Origin: Vicugna vicugna
Taxonomy: Eukaryota
Length of the DNA stretch: 64,000 bases
Direction: 5' to 3'
Assembly: GCA_013265495.1 (NCBI GenBank)
Contig: MU060547.1
Coordinates: forward strand, 5,671,678-5,735,677
How positions within the stretch are numbered: the stretch's first letter is position 1; the number at the start of each line of letters is the position of its first letter. A program made the translations under genes and the position numbers. The notes beneath the pieces were generated by a model that was not told the origin of the DNA, searched no databases, and was given only the letters and a program-made list of their open reading frames with translations. This document shows, piece after piece, positions 12,770 to 25,610 of the stretch.

Positions 12770-12975
12770 GATTAAGAGATGACTGCCTTGCTTCCAATTG
12801 TATATTCTCTCTGTGCAAGTAATTCAGTCTCTCTGGGCTTTAATTTTCCTGACTATAAAATAGAGATAGTACCCATTGCTGTAGGGTTTTTGAGATGATG
12901 AAATAGGTAAATCGGTAAAGTGCTAAGAAAATTGTCTGCTACATAGTAAGAATCCTACCAGGGTTGGCAACTGTA
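12770..12975 (+). mobile_element. MIR
   Basis: gcaagtaattcagtctctctgggctttaattttcctgactataaaatagagatagt..gtaaagtgctaagaaaattgtctgctacatagtaag. Confidence 0.8.
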
Positions 12976-12999
12976 TTATTATAATTAATATTACTGCTG

Positions 13000-14280
13000 C
13001 ATATTAAAGGGAAATAATGATTTAAAATAGAAACATTATAGGAAAAAAACAAAACTGAACTATTTCTTTCATCTTCAAACATAAATGGTCTTTCCAAGAT
13101 TTACAGGAAGTAAATAAATTGCAAATGGAATAAACTATAAATTTGGTATCACCCCAAAGGAAATATTTTAATAATCAGAAATAAACATTTCAGTAAAGAA
13201 AATGAAAAATTTTAACAAATTAAAATAACAAACAAGAAATTTCAGAATAATACTCAATATGTTCACAGTGAGTAGATTACATACAAAAAAAATACCAAAT
13301 GAAAATAAAAATATTTCATTTAGACAAAAAGATAGAAGAAAGTCTGAAGAGCTCATCATTTTAATCTATTTAAATACCAAAGATTCAAAAGAATTCATAA
13401 TTCTTAAATCTCTCCAGGGATAGAGAATGTCACAGTAATGAAATATGTCCTGATACACTAAAGACAGTAAGGGAAAAAATATATATCAAAATCTTTAAGA
13501 ATCCTCATCCTTTAAAAAAAATACTATTCCTTGAGCCACTATTTCTATTCCTAATTCCCTATTTTAAGGAAATGAATAACTATATGAAATAAAAATTCAC
13601 ACAAACATGTTCAGCTCACCATTATTTATATTAGAGTAATAAAGAATAGACAACATGTCCAATATTGAGGTTATGGCTAAGGAAATTCTGATCTACCCTT
13701 ACATTAGTATAGTATTCAGATGTTAAAAAGGAGTTTCACAAAGGTAGCTTGTTGTTACCAATCTATTACCAGTACCAATACTAACTGAAATACTTGTAAT
13801 ATAATAACCAAAACATTAATTTACCAACTGACATAATAAGTACAACCTCAAGCTGGTATGTTTTCAAAATCTATAATACAAAGAATTTTAAAGGTAGCCT
13901 CCAAGAGTGTATTTTTTCATATTTCTAATAGTAAGATACTAAATTACCAAGAAGTAAACATTTAGTAAAAGCAGCCAATATATTTTAGGAATAAATATGT
14001 ATCTGATAAAGTGATTTTCAAAAGGCAAGGGAAGGGGATAATGTATAAAAAATCAGGATGGAGGTTTATTGTTAAGGGAGGGAGAGTTTACAGGGAGGTA
14101 GACACGCAGAAGCACGTACTAATGTATAGTTTACACAAGTGACGGACAGTATGCATCAGGCAGTTCTAGCTCACTCTGGATGGTGGATTCATGGTTGTTC
14201 TTTGTTTTGCTTCAGTTTACGTATACGTTCTGGGTATTCCTGTACTTATGTCACAAATAAAATCGTATTTTTAAAAAGGC
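13000..14280 (+). mobile_element. Ancient L1ME-like 3' ORF2 and 3' UTR fragments
   Basis: Motifs such as aacatgttcagctcaccattatttata and caacatgtccaatattgagg, and a terminal ggatggtggattcatggttgttc...aaataaaat. Confidence 0.55.
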
Positions 14281-16283
14281 GTGGGAGAAATAATCTCCCT
14301 CATTGGGATAAAAAAGAATAAAATTCAGCTCATTTTTTGGCTCTTGTCTTTGTTAGAAATGTACTGTCAGTCCCTGCTAACGTCGCCCCTGATGTCTATG
14401 CACTTTCTCTATTTATCTGTCAAATAGGCTTGAACATTCTCAAAATTCTTGCTGAAAAGAGGCTCAGACAATTGTAAAGCGACTTCATGCAAAGTTGTTT
14501 CCCACCCTTTTTTTCCCAGTAATTTAAGAGCTGTCTGGCTACTTGGATGGGAGTGACGAGAAGAGGATGCTGATAAAGTTATCAGAGATGACAAAGCCCT
14601 GGTTGAGGTGTGCTTGCTAGACCTTTGCCTCTAGGACTGCAGTCCCACACCCAGCACAAGAGAGGAGAATCATATTTGTAAATATTGCCTGAAGGAACAT
14701 AAGAGGATTATGGTTACTGACCTAGTCACATTTATCAAAAATTAGATCCTAAGCTGATGGATCTAAATATGAATACAATGATGGATTCAACCAGGTTTTT
14801 ACAAAGTAATCCTTACTTATTCTCACACACACACATACATACTTTCCTTAAAATAGACAGACAAGACATAACGAAGGAAAACAACATTTAAGGACGCCCT
14901 GTATTTTATGAGGCATTTGTCCCAACCTAGGCATTAAACTGTGCTATTTTTAAAATAAATTCAAAACTAGGTGAGCCCAGGACATGAGGGAAAATCTAAA
15001 TGCAAATGCCTTGAGTATTCGTAATGAAAATTAAAGTAGTGAGAATTTTAGAAAAAACAGAACTAGAGTAAATTATAATATATTACGCATATGTTCACTG
15101 GAGATTATCTATATACATAGAAAAGTCCAGTTTTATTTTCATGGGTCTGTTTCCACTAAAGCTCTCTAAGGATTCCCTAGAAATTGGATATATCATTTGC
15201 TTGCAATACAGTAACTGTAAGAAAAAGTATATATTTATATAACTAGTTTATTACTATTTTTCCTCTACCCTATAGTACTGAAACATTCCAAATATGGTCC
15301 CCAAGTTGCTAGAAAAATAGTACAAAAAGTGAAATAATTAAATAACTTGGCTTTTCACACTGACAGGCAATCAATTATGTTTTCTATTGACTAACTGATC
15401 AATTCACTCATTCATTGAAAATAAAAAATACTGATTGACCTTCTAAACTCTGTTAGATGTTTGAAATCCAAAGAAAGTATAAAAATATGATTTTTATCCC
15501 CTTTGAGCCAAGTTTAGCCAAGAAACTAAAGTAATCTCATCTTAATGTTATGAGAAATGCTACAATCACAATGTCATAGTAATGCAGTATTTGGGGATAA
15601 GAGAAGAGGAACCGACACATTCTTGCTGAGGATTAATTATATATAATCTAATAGGTTTGATGAAATGCCCATGAAACTTCATCTGTACTTAAAAAAAAAA
15701 ACTAGTAAGGTCCAAATCAGGTTACTTTTATAACTGTTTTCCATCATGAGCAATTCCTATAGTTCTAAGAAAAAGGAACAGAAATAGAAGATGTGGACAA
15801 AGACGCACACCACTTATTTTCTTCTTGAGGAAAGGATTATTCTAGTGCTTGGAGTACTTTTTCCTGTTGTAAGAAAACGCAGGTCAGCAATACTGGCATA
15901 CCAAAATGTCAGCTCAGTCACCCTTTTCCATGTCTGCCCCACGCTGTCTGCTGCTTTTCAAGGTAGAAAAAGCTAATTTAGTGGCTAGAGCTAAATTAGA
16001 CTTCTTAATTGACATTTCACTTTCATCTAAAATTAGGCCAGCACATGTTTAAAAATCCTTTTTATTTTGAGTGAATTAGAGAACAGCCTGTAAAGGCTTG
16101 TAGAGATCACAAGGAGTAGTAAGGGACAGGGTGGGCCGAGCATCTTCCCAATTTGGCAACAGCTACCGAAGGCGTGTGTGTGCCTCTGAGAGAAGCCAGT
16201 GGCCTATCTGTCTGGGCCTTGAAGACTGAACCGAGCAGCCTGTTAACTAACCTTTCCCGAGTGCATCCTATACAAAGCTGTCT

Positions 16284-17690
16284 CAGCGGTTCTCAAACTT
16301 CCTGGTCTGAGAAACCCATTACACTCATACAAACTGACGATTCCAAAGAGCTTTGGTGTATGTGAGTTTTATCTATCGGTATGTATCACAGTTGAAATAA
16401 AGCTGAACATTTTGTAAAATATTTCTCTACCTGTTTAAAAATAGCAAATAATACACGTGCCATTTTAATGCAAAATAAAGCTTTTCAGTGAAAAATATAT
16501 TTTTCAAAACAAAAAACAGTGAGAAGTGGCACTGTACTACATTTTTGCAAATCTCTCAATGTCTAGCTTTAAGAGAAGATAGCTGGATTCTCCTGTCTGC
16601 TTCTGCATTCAGTCTGCTGTCTTATGTTGTTCTGATTTAAAAATACGTAGTTGGAAAGGAGAGGAGTATTTCAGCAGCCTTTTCAGATAATTTGGGAATT
16701 CTTCTTTGATACTACACCAAAATTTAACAAGCGTTATCTTCTTAAAGGTAATTTGCGTTGTGGAAACCGGCACCACATCAATTAGCTTTTCACACTCTTG
16801 CTGCTTTAAATCCATTTATATACGTTGCACTTTGAGTGAATCCTTTACAACTACATAATTTATTAGCAACATGCATTTATTATTTTAGAGATATTGGTCC
16901 ACTGAGTTACGCAGATCTTCCAAATGTTGGCACATTTCATCATGTAACTTCAAAAAAATCACATTCATGACTGTGACAAGGAATCTTATCAGATAAGTTT
17001 TTAAGTACTGGAAAGCTGTCAAGTTCATGGTGGCAGACACTGTAAATTTCCGAAATTCTAATTTTTGCTTGAAAGCTTAATATTTATCATTGGCAATAAA
17101 CACTGTCAGTTGTTTTCTTTGAAGCAATATTTATTTCTGAGAAAATATCTGCCAAATTCTCAAATCTAAATACTGCAGTTTGTCTGTCAGACATGCTTCA
17201 AGAAAAAATAGCATTCTATGAAAATGGTGGCTAATTCCACTTTTCATTCAAGCATCATACATGTGCTTTTTCTGGAGACAACTAGGGTACTTCAATATGA
17301 AACATAAATGCTTTTTTGTCTTGCCCATTCTGTCATACAGAATATTAAAAATGCATGTGCTCAAGGGTTTAGTTTTAATAAAAGAATGAAATTCCACTGC
17401 TTCACTAAGAACATTTGTCAGTGGCACAGTCTTTTTTTTTTTTTTTTTTTTTTTTTTTTATCTGGTGGCATCAATGCAATGACTTTTAGGACAGTTTGGT
17501 GCCACTGTCTCAATTCATAGAAGTTCCAGCAGTATCACCCACCATTGCTTTTGCACCATCAACGCAAATGTCAACATGCGGGAAAGTCAAATAACACCTC
17601 AGCAATATTATGAAAAGAGTTTTGATCTATGGTATTCTAGAAAGTGTCTTGGGACTAATGATTGGGGGATCACACTTTCAGAACTGTCAG
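16284..17690. mobile_element. hAT-Charlie DNA transposon, Charlie1a-like (about 1.4 kb), non-autonomous
   Basis: Left end cagcggttctcaaact and right end cacactttcagaactg form degenerate TIRs. The minus-strand remnant 16609-16815 (KLIDV..FWCSIKEEFP) resembles the hAT C-terminal dimerisation region. Typical Charlie1 right-arm text gcttttgcaccatcaacgcaaatgtcaac is present. Confidence 0.85.
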
Positions 17691-18339
17691 TCTCTTTGAT
17701 GACCCACAGACGGAGCCAGCTAACTACATGAGGATACACAGCCTACAAAGTGATTTTCAAAATATGAGCTTGTGAGTAAGGGGCACCGGAAAAGGAAATG
17801 GGGGGAAGAGTTGAACATCTATCAGAATCTTGCAGGTGATACTTCTGGGGCAAGCTCATACATAATCACTGCAATGCAAGCTATTCTTTGGATGGGGTGT
17901 GTTAGGATGTGAAAAAAACTTCAAGCATCGCAGCTACCCCTTCCTTTAATCCAGACACTGAGTTGCTGTTCAAATCTCTAAGCATTTCTCAATTATATCA
18001 GAAAACTAAGCGCATTATTATCTTCTCTTTCTGAAAAAAAGAACAGGAAACAATGGAGCAAATGGGCAGATACATGAAGTGGCAGTGTTCCCAATCAGGG
18101 CTTGTCACAGGGTCACCCACCCCAGCCCCAAAATTCAAATGTGTTCCAGAGATGGGTTATTGAGCCTAAACATTGCTCATTGATGCAAAGATTAATGACT
18201 CAAATAATACCAACTCCAAATCGTGATGATTATCAATACAATTCACTTAAAACTCTCCTTAACTTTGACTGATTCCTTATATATGACTTAAATTCTTATT
18301 ATACTGTGATACAAATGCAGAAACTTATTCAAGATAGTA

Positions 18340-18580
18340 TTTGTTCACAATTACGTAGCATTTACCATGTGCCCAGCATGGTTATGAGCTCTTCTTTCAC
18401 ATATGTTTAGTCATTTAATCCTCAAAATGACTTTGTAAGGTAGCCCACCCCATACATTTTATAGAGAAAATCAAGCCAGATAATTTATATAACTTGCTTT
18501 AGTCTTCACAGCTGACTGGTGGCAGAGTCCGGATTTGAACTTAAGTATATGCAGTCCATATACTTAAACACTATGCTAGA
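18340..18580 (-). mobile_element. MIR
   Basis: catttaccatgtgcccagc..tcatttaatcctcaaaatgactttgtaaggtag..ggcagagtccggatttgaact. Confidence 0.85.
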
Positions 18581-19288
18581 AGCCAAACAAACCTGGACAT
18601 GAGTGTCCTGCAGATCTTTCTTTTAGCGGATTGCCTCATTTAAGGGTTGCTCTTGATTTTTCCCCCAAACGGATGAACCTTTAAACTATCCCTGGACAGC
18701 AGTTGGAATCATGTTGTTGCCTCATTTCTGAAATTATGAGTTAATCAAAACCAAGAGCTATCTCAGTGAGAGGTAACAAATAATAAAACTATGATGGTGG
18801 TGTTTAAAGCAAACACAACTCCAACCATTATCATTTTGGTACCAATGTAAGAAGCAAGCTTATCTAAATAATTCTATCATTAAGTGGACTATTGCCCTGT
18901 ATTATCCTAATCATTTCTAGCACTTTGCTTTGTGCTCTGCAGACTCGAGTCACTGAGCAACTGTCATTAGATTAGGGTTTTGTGGTTTCTAGAACCATGG
19001 TCCTCAACCTTTGCACTGTCCTAAATAAAGCATGCGGCTGCCAACGCCCCTGCCTACCAGCAACACCAGCTTCTAAGCTGATCTTTGCTGAGAATCCCCT
19101 CTCAAGTGGAGATGGATCCATCATTTCAAGTGAGTGTACTTATTCTGACAAACTGACTTCTAAATTCTGATAATTACCTTCACCTTCTAGAAAATCCAAA
19201 CGCTACTCTAGACTTCTGGAAAATGAAAAAAAAATCACAGTAATAAAAAGCAAAGTAAAAATTATATTGGATTAAATTAGGAGGCTTA

Positions 19289-19535
19289 TACAGAGAACAA
19301 ACTAGCAGTTGCCAGTGGGGAGAGGGGCAGAGGGGGGGCAAGATGGGGTAGGGGATTAAGAGGTACAAACTACTACCTATAAAATAAAGAAGCTACAAGG
19401 ACATATAGTGCAGCACCATATCTTGTAGTAACTATGAATGGAGTATACTATTTGAAAATTGTGAATTACTACGTTGTACACCTGAAACATATAATAACAT
19501 ACATCAACTATACCTCAATTAAAAAAAGAAAAAAG
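19289..19535 (+). mobile_element. L1 3' UTR fragment with A-tail and probable 14-bp TSD
   Basis: G-rich tract, then ttgtacacctgaaac...tacatcaactatacctcaattaaaaaaag. Flanks aattaggaggctta (19275-19288) and aattcggaggctta (19540-19553). Confidence 0.85.
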
Positions 19536-19559
19536 TAATAATTCGGAGGCTTACAGCCA

Positions 19560-19745
19560 CACATTCCATTTAAATTTTCTGTGAAACCTGGCAAAATTAC
19601 TTTACCCACCTGTGCCTCAGATTTCTCCTGCGGTAAAATAAACTAGTATCTACCTCACATAACTGATGCACACATTGGATAAGATAATGAAAGCAAAAGT
19701 GCTCGGTGAAGTTCGAGATGCTTTAGAAATGTTAGGTGAAGTCAT
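19560..19745 (+). mobile_element. MIR
   Basis: gtgaaacctggcaaaattactttacccacctgtgcctcagatttctcctgcggtaaaata..tacctcacat. Confidence 0.75.
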
Positions 19746-19829
19746 CACGGTAATAGCCATTTCATAAGGTTGCAATAGAAATTAAATGTGAATATGCTGG
19801 AATTTAAGCCCAATGAGAACAGAAATTTT

Positions 19830-20180
19830 CGTGTTTGGTCACTGTCCTGTACTGAGCACCTAGAACAATGCCTGACACACAGTGGGTGCATAACAATATT
19901 TGCTGAATGAATATGTGTAACAAACAACATAATTCACATAGGATGATCCAAGTTGTCTCTTAGATCAAGTCTATGAATGAAACAAAAATTATTTTCTTAT
20001 TTTCACTATCAACATCCCAATCACAGTCATCTTAAAACGTTATATTTATTGGTGTGCTCTTATTACATTCTCCCTCACTGGACTGTAAACTCCATGAGGA
20101 CAGCGACAGTGTTGAAATGGCTTTCCACATTATTCCTGGTGCTTAGTACCAGAGATATATGTTGAATAAAGCAAATTAAT
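19830..20180 (+). mobile_element. Two L2 3'-terminal fragments
   Basis: cacctagaacaatgcctgacacacagtgggtgcataacaatatttgctgaatga; gactgtaaactccatgaggacagcgac..gttgaataaa. Confidence 0.8.
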
Positions 20181-23100
20181 CTTAAAGGATGAAAACGCAG
20201 GGCTTCTCATGGCAATAATATACCAAAGAGCAGACTGCCAGGCACCATGTCAGCAGCCCTAAATTAGCAACGATCCTGACAGGCAACAATGCATTAGTTA
20301 TCTGCATGCCACAAACACTGATGAAAGATAGCGGAACATTCTTAGCGTGTTGTCTCTCACTGCAGGTGGAGTGCAGGAATTCAAAGGAATCTGTGTTATC
20401 ACGCATACTCTTTCCCACTGGGATGGGCTCAGAGGCGCATTAAAAACCTGCCATCACCACGAGGGACAGCATCAAAACGGACAGTCCAAAACGATTCAGC
20501 AGAAAAACAAGTGATGGAGTTCTAGCATTCCCTTTTAAGTGGATGCTGTAATGAAATTATTATACGGGGTAACCCCTTATCCAGTTGTCCTCCTCGGCTG
20601 AGGACCAGAAGATTGGTAATAAATATTTTCAAAAAATTGTTTGAAAGGGCTGTGCTTGGGCCAACTTCAGAGCTACATCTCAGGCCTAGTGTCATGGAGA
20701 CGAAACAGAAATGCAGTCTGTGAAGGCGGCAGCTGCTTTGTGCTTCTGCCTGCTTAGCTGCTAAAGAAGGAGAAAAAGCGACTGTCTGGGCTAAGAACGT
20801 TTAATACCTTGGAGCTGAGATAGAAGGTATTATTTTGTCTTTTTGACAGGGTCCGGTGCTATTTTTACCCAGGTTGATGCAGGGGTTAGGTTAGGACTTT
20901 AGGAAGAAATGGTGATTTATTTGAAACGCCGTTTGTTTAACAGCAGCTCTCCCTCCCCACTCATTTCTGCCGGTTATTCATTGTTCCCAATGTAAAAATG
21001 ACCCTTTCTCCCTGTTATTTTCCTTAAAAATACACGCCAGTAAGTATCTCCTTGATAATCCCCCTAACAAGCCGCTGATTGTTTGCTAGAATTCCTTCCT
21101 CCTGCATCACTGCTTCTATTTGTCAGTCTGGGTTCCTCCCCATTCCTGCGCCCAGCCTCCCTGCNNNNNNNNNNNNNNNNNNNNNNNNNNNNNNNNNNNN
21201 NNNNNNNNNNNNNNNNNNNNNNNNNNNNNNNNNNNNNNNNNNNNNNNNNNNNNNNNNNNNNNNNNNNNNNNNNNNNNNNNNNNNNNNNNNNNNNNNNNNN
21301 NNNNNNNNNNNNNNNNNNNNNNNNNNNNAGANNNNNNNNNNNNNNNNNNNNNNNNNNNNNNNNNNNNNNNNNNNNNNNNNNNNNNNNNNNNNNNNNNNNN
21401 NNNNNNNNNNNNNNNNNNNNNNNNNNNNNNNNNNNNNNNNNNNNNNNNNNNNNNNNNNNNNNNNNNNNNNNNNNNNNNNNNNNNNNNNNNNNNNNNNNNN
21501 NNNNNNNNNNNNNNNNNNNAAAGCTGTTCCTTGTAGCTTTCTTTAACATTTCAGTCTTTATGGTGCAAGTCTCCTGTTGACACAACTTTAGCCCAGCTAT
21601 GAAAAAAAAATCTCAGAGCCCCACCGGGATTAAAAGAAAAGAGGGAAAAAGTGAAGCTGGTCTTGGCACTTCCCTGGAGCTTCTATGCAAACTGCACTGC
21701 CAACAGACCACTCAAAGCTGAGAAGTCTTCTAGGGGTCTGCGGTCTAACAGCTGAAAACAGATTTCTCTTATTTGGCGCAGGTGAATTTTACAGATTTCT
21801 TCCTCTATCAAGAATGTCATATTCCTCCAAATATATATGAGAAAGACTTGAGTCCTTAGGGCAAGGGTTTCACAGGGACATATATTCACAGATATTTTTA
21901 AAGCCCAATGAATATGTTAGTCTCTTCAGAGAACAAAATTAAAAAATGATTCCACATCCCTGCAAGACCTCAAACCTATTATTAACTATAAACTCTGTCC
22001 TTCCATTTTTGTTTCTTCTTCTCTTCCACCACAATTTTTATTTCCCATCTGGGCTGCCAAGAGGCCACCGTCCTCTTAATTTATTCACCTCAATTGGGTT
22101 TTCAAAGCTTGCACCTCACACAGGTTTACAAAATTTTTTTCATCAGAGTTATGGCTATCACTCTGTTACCAACTTCATGGTTTTGATATTTGAGGCATTT
22201 CTCTGATTTCAAATTTCGGCAATTCACAGCATAATTCCCTCCCCTAGACCCCCAGCCCCCATGCAGTCTTTTGTTTATAGTACCCAGCCCACCTGCTGGT
22301 GTAGGTAAAGAGGAAGAGACTGGCTGCTTTAAGGCACCATTGTAGGCTCTGTATTAATTACTTACTTTACATCCACAGAATGATACATTCCATGCTCCTA
22401 TACTTGATTTTGAAATGCTATATAGTGGTTTCTCAGAGCTTATTAAGAGTGCTTTAAGGAGACACACAACCATCCAATTATCCAAAAATAAAACAGTACT
22501 CTAACCTGGAGCTAGGGGGCATGGTGATACCAGAAGTTCAATTTTCACAATGAACAAATTTAGCTATGGTTCTTAAAGAAGGGCATGTCTGTCTGCACGT
22601 GCGTACATACTCATCTAGGTGTATTTATACACATATGTATATGCGGATGTACATGTATGCTTAAACATACTCTCTTTGTCATTAAAGTCATCATCTAACA
22701 CATGTACAATACTTAATGCTGCCCTTAGCATTGTGCTTTAACTCATTGGTGGGGGTAGGGGTTCGTTCATTCTTCTCCATCACTGTTATAAACTATTGTC
22801 TGCGGTTTTTTTTTTTAAGTACATAAAGAGGAAGTGTTGCCTATTCTGGACACTCATTACAAGATTGTAAGCTCTAGTACTCAGAATGGAAATACAGCTG
22901 GAGTGGATTTTGGCTGGGGTTCCAGAAAGGCTTTCCCTATGGAACTCACACTAGAGGCAAAACTAGATGGGGCTCCAACAAATGAGAAACAACAAGCAAA
23001 AACCATACCTGACAAAGCAGAGCTTCAGTGCTCTAATCCCAAAATGACTTCTAAGTTTAATTAACAAATATATGTGATCAAGAATTTCCAGATTTTTTTT

Positions 23101-24924
23101 TTAATTTAAGGAAGTTTGCGAAGACTAGCTGATTATTCGTAAGACAAGTTAATATGAAGAGCCACTTCTAAAGAGTTCAGGAAAGAGTTTATCTTTCTTT
23201 TCCAAACTTTGTCAGTAACAGGATAAAACAAAAGACATTTTTTTTCATTCCAAGGCAGTTATGTTTCTGAATATGTTAGCAGTTATTTAACTCTTATCTC
23301 ATGAAGAACTTTAAGGAAAAAATCTTAATGTGTAAAATGCTTTTATCTATCTTTAATCTTTTTTTTTAAGAACAGAGTGGTTTCGTAAATTACTATATTG
23401 TACTTTCATTTTCAACTCATGTGAATTATTGAAGAAATTATCATCCTTATCCTCAAAAATATTTAAACAGTTTATCTGAATGAAAAACAATTCTATAGGA
23501 ATGTATTTCTGCAAAGGTTTGAATCCAAATATTCCATGAGTTCTTTTATTCTTTAGAGTTTCAAAGGTATTTTGTAATTTATCTCCATACACACATCTTT
23601 ATAACCCTAAGGAAAAAAAGGAACTTTGTTATAAATAGCTAGTAGTGATTATGTTTGTCTTATGCCATCTCTTTCACTTTTATAGTAGAATCATTTATTT
23701 ATTCTTGTGTTTTTAAATGAATTGCCCATCCTCTAATATCAGTGGACTTCTTGGCTGGCCAGAGAACCAATTTACTCCCTCATGTCTCATATACTTCCGT
23801 TCCAACATTTTTGAACATTTGTTTCAACTACAGATCAACCACATTAGTTCATCATACTTTCAGAGTTGAAGGTTAGGGCACAGCAGCCAATTGCTGTTAA
23901 CTGTGTGATTTCTTGTTTCTCAGGATTTTATTCTTTATTTGCTCTCTTTTTTCAAACATCTGAGCAGTTTATGTTCTGAGAAGTTTCTCAAAAATGTGTT
24001 TCTCCAGCAATGGTCCATCCTCTTTAATAAAACCCAGATCAGGGCATTTTCTATGATTATTCTTAATGCTTCGGCTAATTCCTATAAAGAGTACCAAAGC
24101 TATCTGATATTGTCTGGTAGTGTTCATTTTCACGTTCCTCTAATTAAGTCCAAGTGTACCACTTTCCTTTAAGATTCATCTCCTCCTGATACACATTTTA
24201 CTCCTGTTCTGAGAANNNNNNNNNNNNNNNNNNNNNNNNNNNNNNNNNNNNNNNNNNNNNNNNNNNNNNNNNNNNNNNNNNNNNNNNNNNNNNNNNNNNN
24301 NNNNNNNNNNNNNNNNNNNNNNNNNNNNNNNNNNNNNNNNNNNNNNNNNNNNNNNNNNNNNNNNNNNNNNNNNNNNNNNNNNNNNNNNNNNNNNNGCTCT
24401 TTTGCTTTGTGAAAGGCAATTAATAAGACAAAGAGACATAAAGACCCAAAAAGTGAGGAGGTCCATGTGTATTCACACATCAAGACCACTGGAAAATCCT
24501 TCAATTTCATTCGGCTTTGAATCACTCTGGGCAAAATGACTGATACACTTGGAAGTGCAGGAAGACCTAGAGACGCAATTTGCTTTGATTCCTAAAGACT
24601 GACCGGGGTCAATAAAACTTCAAGGTCACTGAAATACAAAAGCAAAGGGTTTTGACTCATATCATTCTTTTTGAGGCCATAGCTACCAAAGGTTTCCAGA
24701 CTCTCATAAAAACAGGTTTCCCTCTTTTGAGGAATTCATTGCTGCAGACGTGTAAGATTCCATTACCATCATTTATTCAACCACTTTCCTACTGATGAAT
24801 ATTTGAGTTGTTCTCTTCACATTTGCAGCAATGGATTCCTCAAAAGAAGGAAACCATTTTTAATCAGAGAGCCTGAAAACCTCTGGTAGCTATTATGCAA
24901 TGGAATACTAGTCAGTAATAAAAA

Positions 24925-25185
24925 GAACATACTAATGATCCACCAAATGACGTGAATGAGCCTCTGAAACATGTTGAGCACAGAAGTCATAAAGTGTCTG
25001 ATTCCATTCATTTGACTCCATTCATATTAGGTTTAAGAACAGACAAAACTAACCTGTTAATAGAAACCAACAGTGGTTGTCTTTTGAAATGTGGGAGATC
25101 TTCTGGGGTGATGGATACGTTCTATACCTTGATGGTACACTTAAGATTTGTACACTTCACAGTATGCCAAAATTAACTTAAGAAA
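24925..25185 (+). mobile_element. Old L1 (L1MC/MD/ME-like) 3' end
   Basis: tctgattccattca, agacaaaactaacctgtta, ttctggggtgatggatacgttctataccttgat, cacttaagatttgtacacttcacagtatg. Confidence 0.75.
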
Positions 25186-25449
25186 CGGACTAGGAGAACT
25201 AGAATTAATTGCCCTGGAATTTTTCTTCTGAGGAATGCTTTATTTATATTTGTACTTATAGAGTAAGTTATTGCCTACCTTTCAGTGTTTTTCAAAATAA
25301 ATTTCTTTTCTATTTAGATTCGAGCCAATGTGTGCTGAATTGTTTCATTAATTTGGTAGATATGTCACATTTTAACATGATTTAGAAATAAATGCATGGA
25401 TAGGAATGAGCACCATTTTACTGGTAGGCAATATTGTGTTGTGGACAAA

Positions 25450-25610
25450 CCTAAGGTCCAAATTCTGACTCTATCCCTCAATAACTATATCACTTCGACC
25501 AAAATATATTCTCAGTCACTTCATCTGTAATAATTATAGCAATCCTTGCTGAGTAGATGCATAATACATACAGGGTTTGCTATGAAGTAAATGCTCAACA
25601 AATTTTAGTT
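25450..25610 (+). mobile_element. MIR
   Basis: ggtccaaattctgactcta..ctcagtcacttcatctgtaataattatag..agtaaatgctcaacaaattttag. Confidence 0.6.

Noticed and set aside
17432-17459. T28 run as an independent retro-insertion
   Set aside because: No TSD, and it sits where, as I recall, the Charlie1-type consensus already has a T-run, so expansion is simpler.
19178-19215. Minus-strand 38-nt segment with a good acceptor and donor
   Set aside because: Stops in all three frames and directly beside an L1 tail. Most likely a cryptic site.
20882-20903. TTAGG-like words as an interstitial telomere
   Set aside because: Only two or three imperfect units and no TTAGGG array.
22590-22670. Purine-pyrimidine alternating stretch as Z-DNA
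   Set aside because: AT-rich and interrupted, so ordinary low-complexity sequence.
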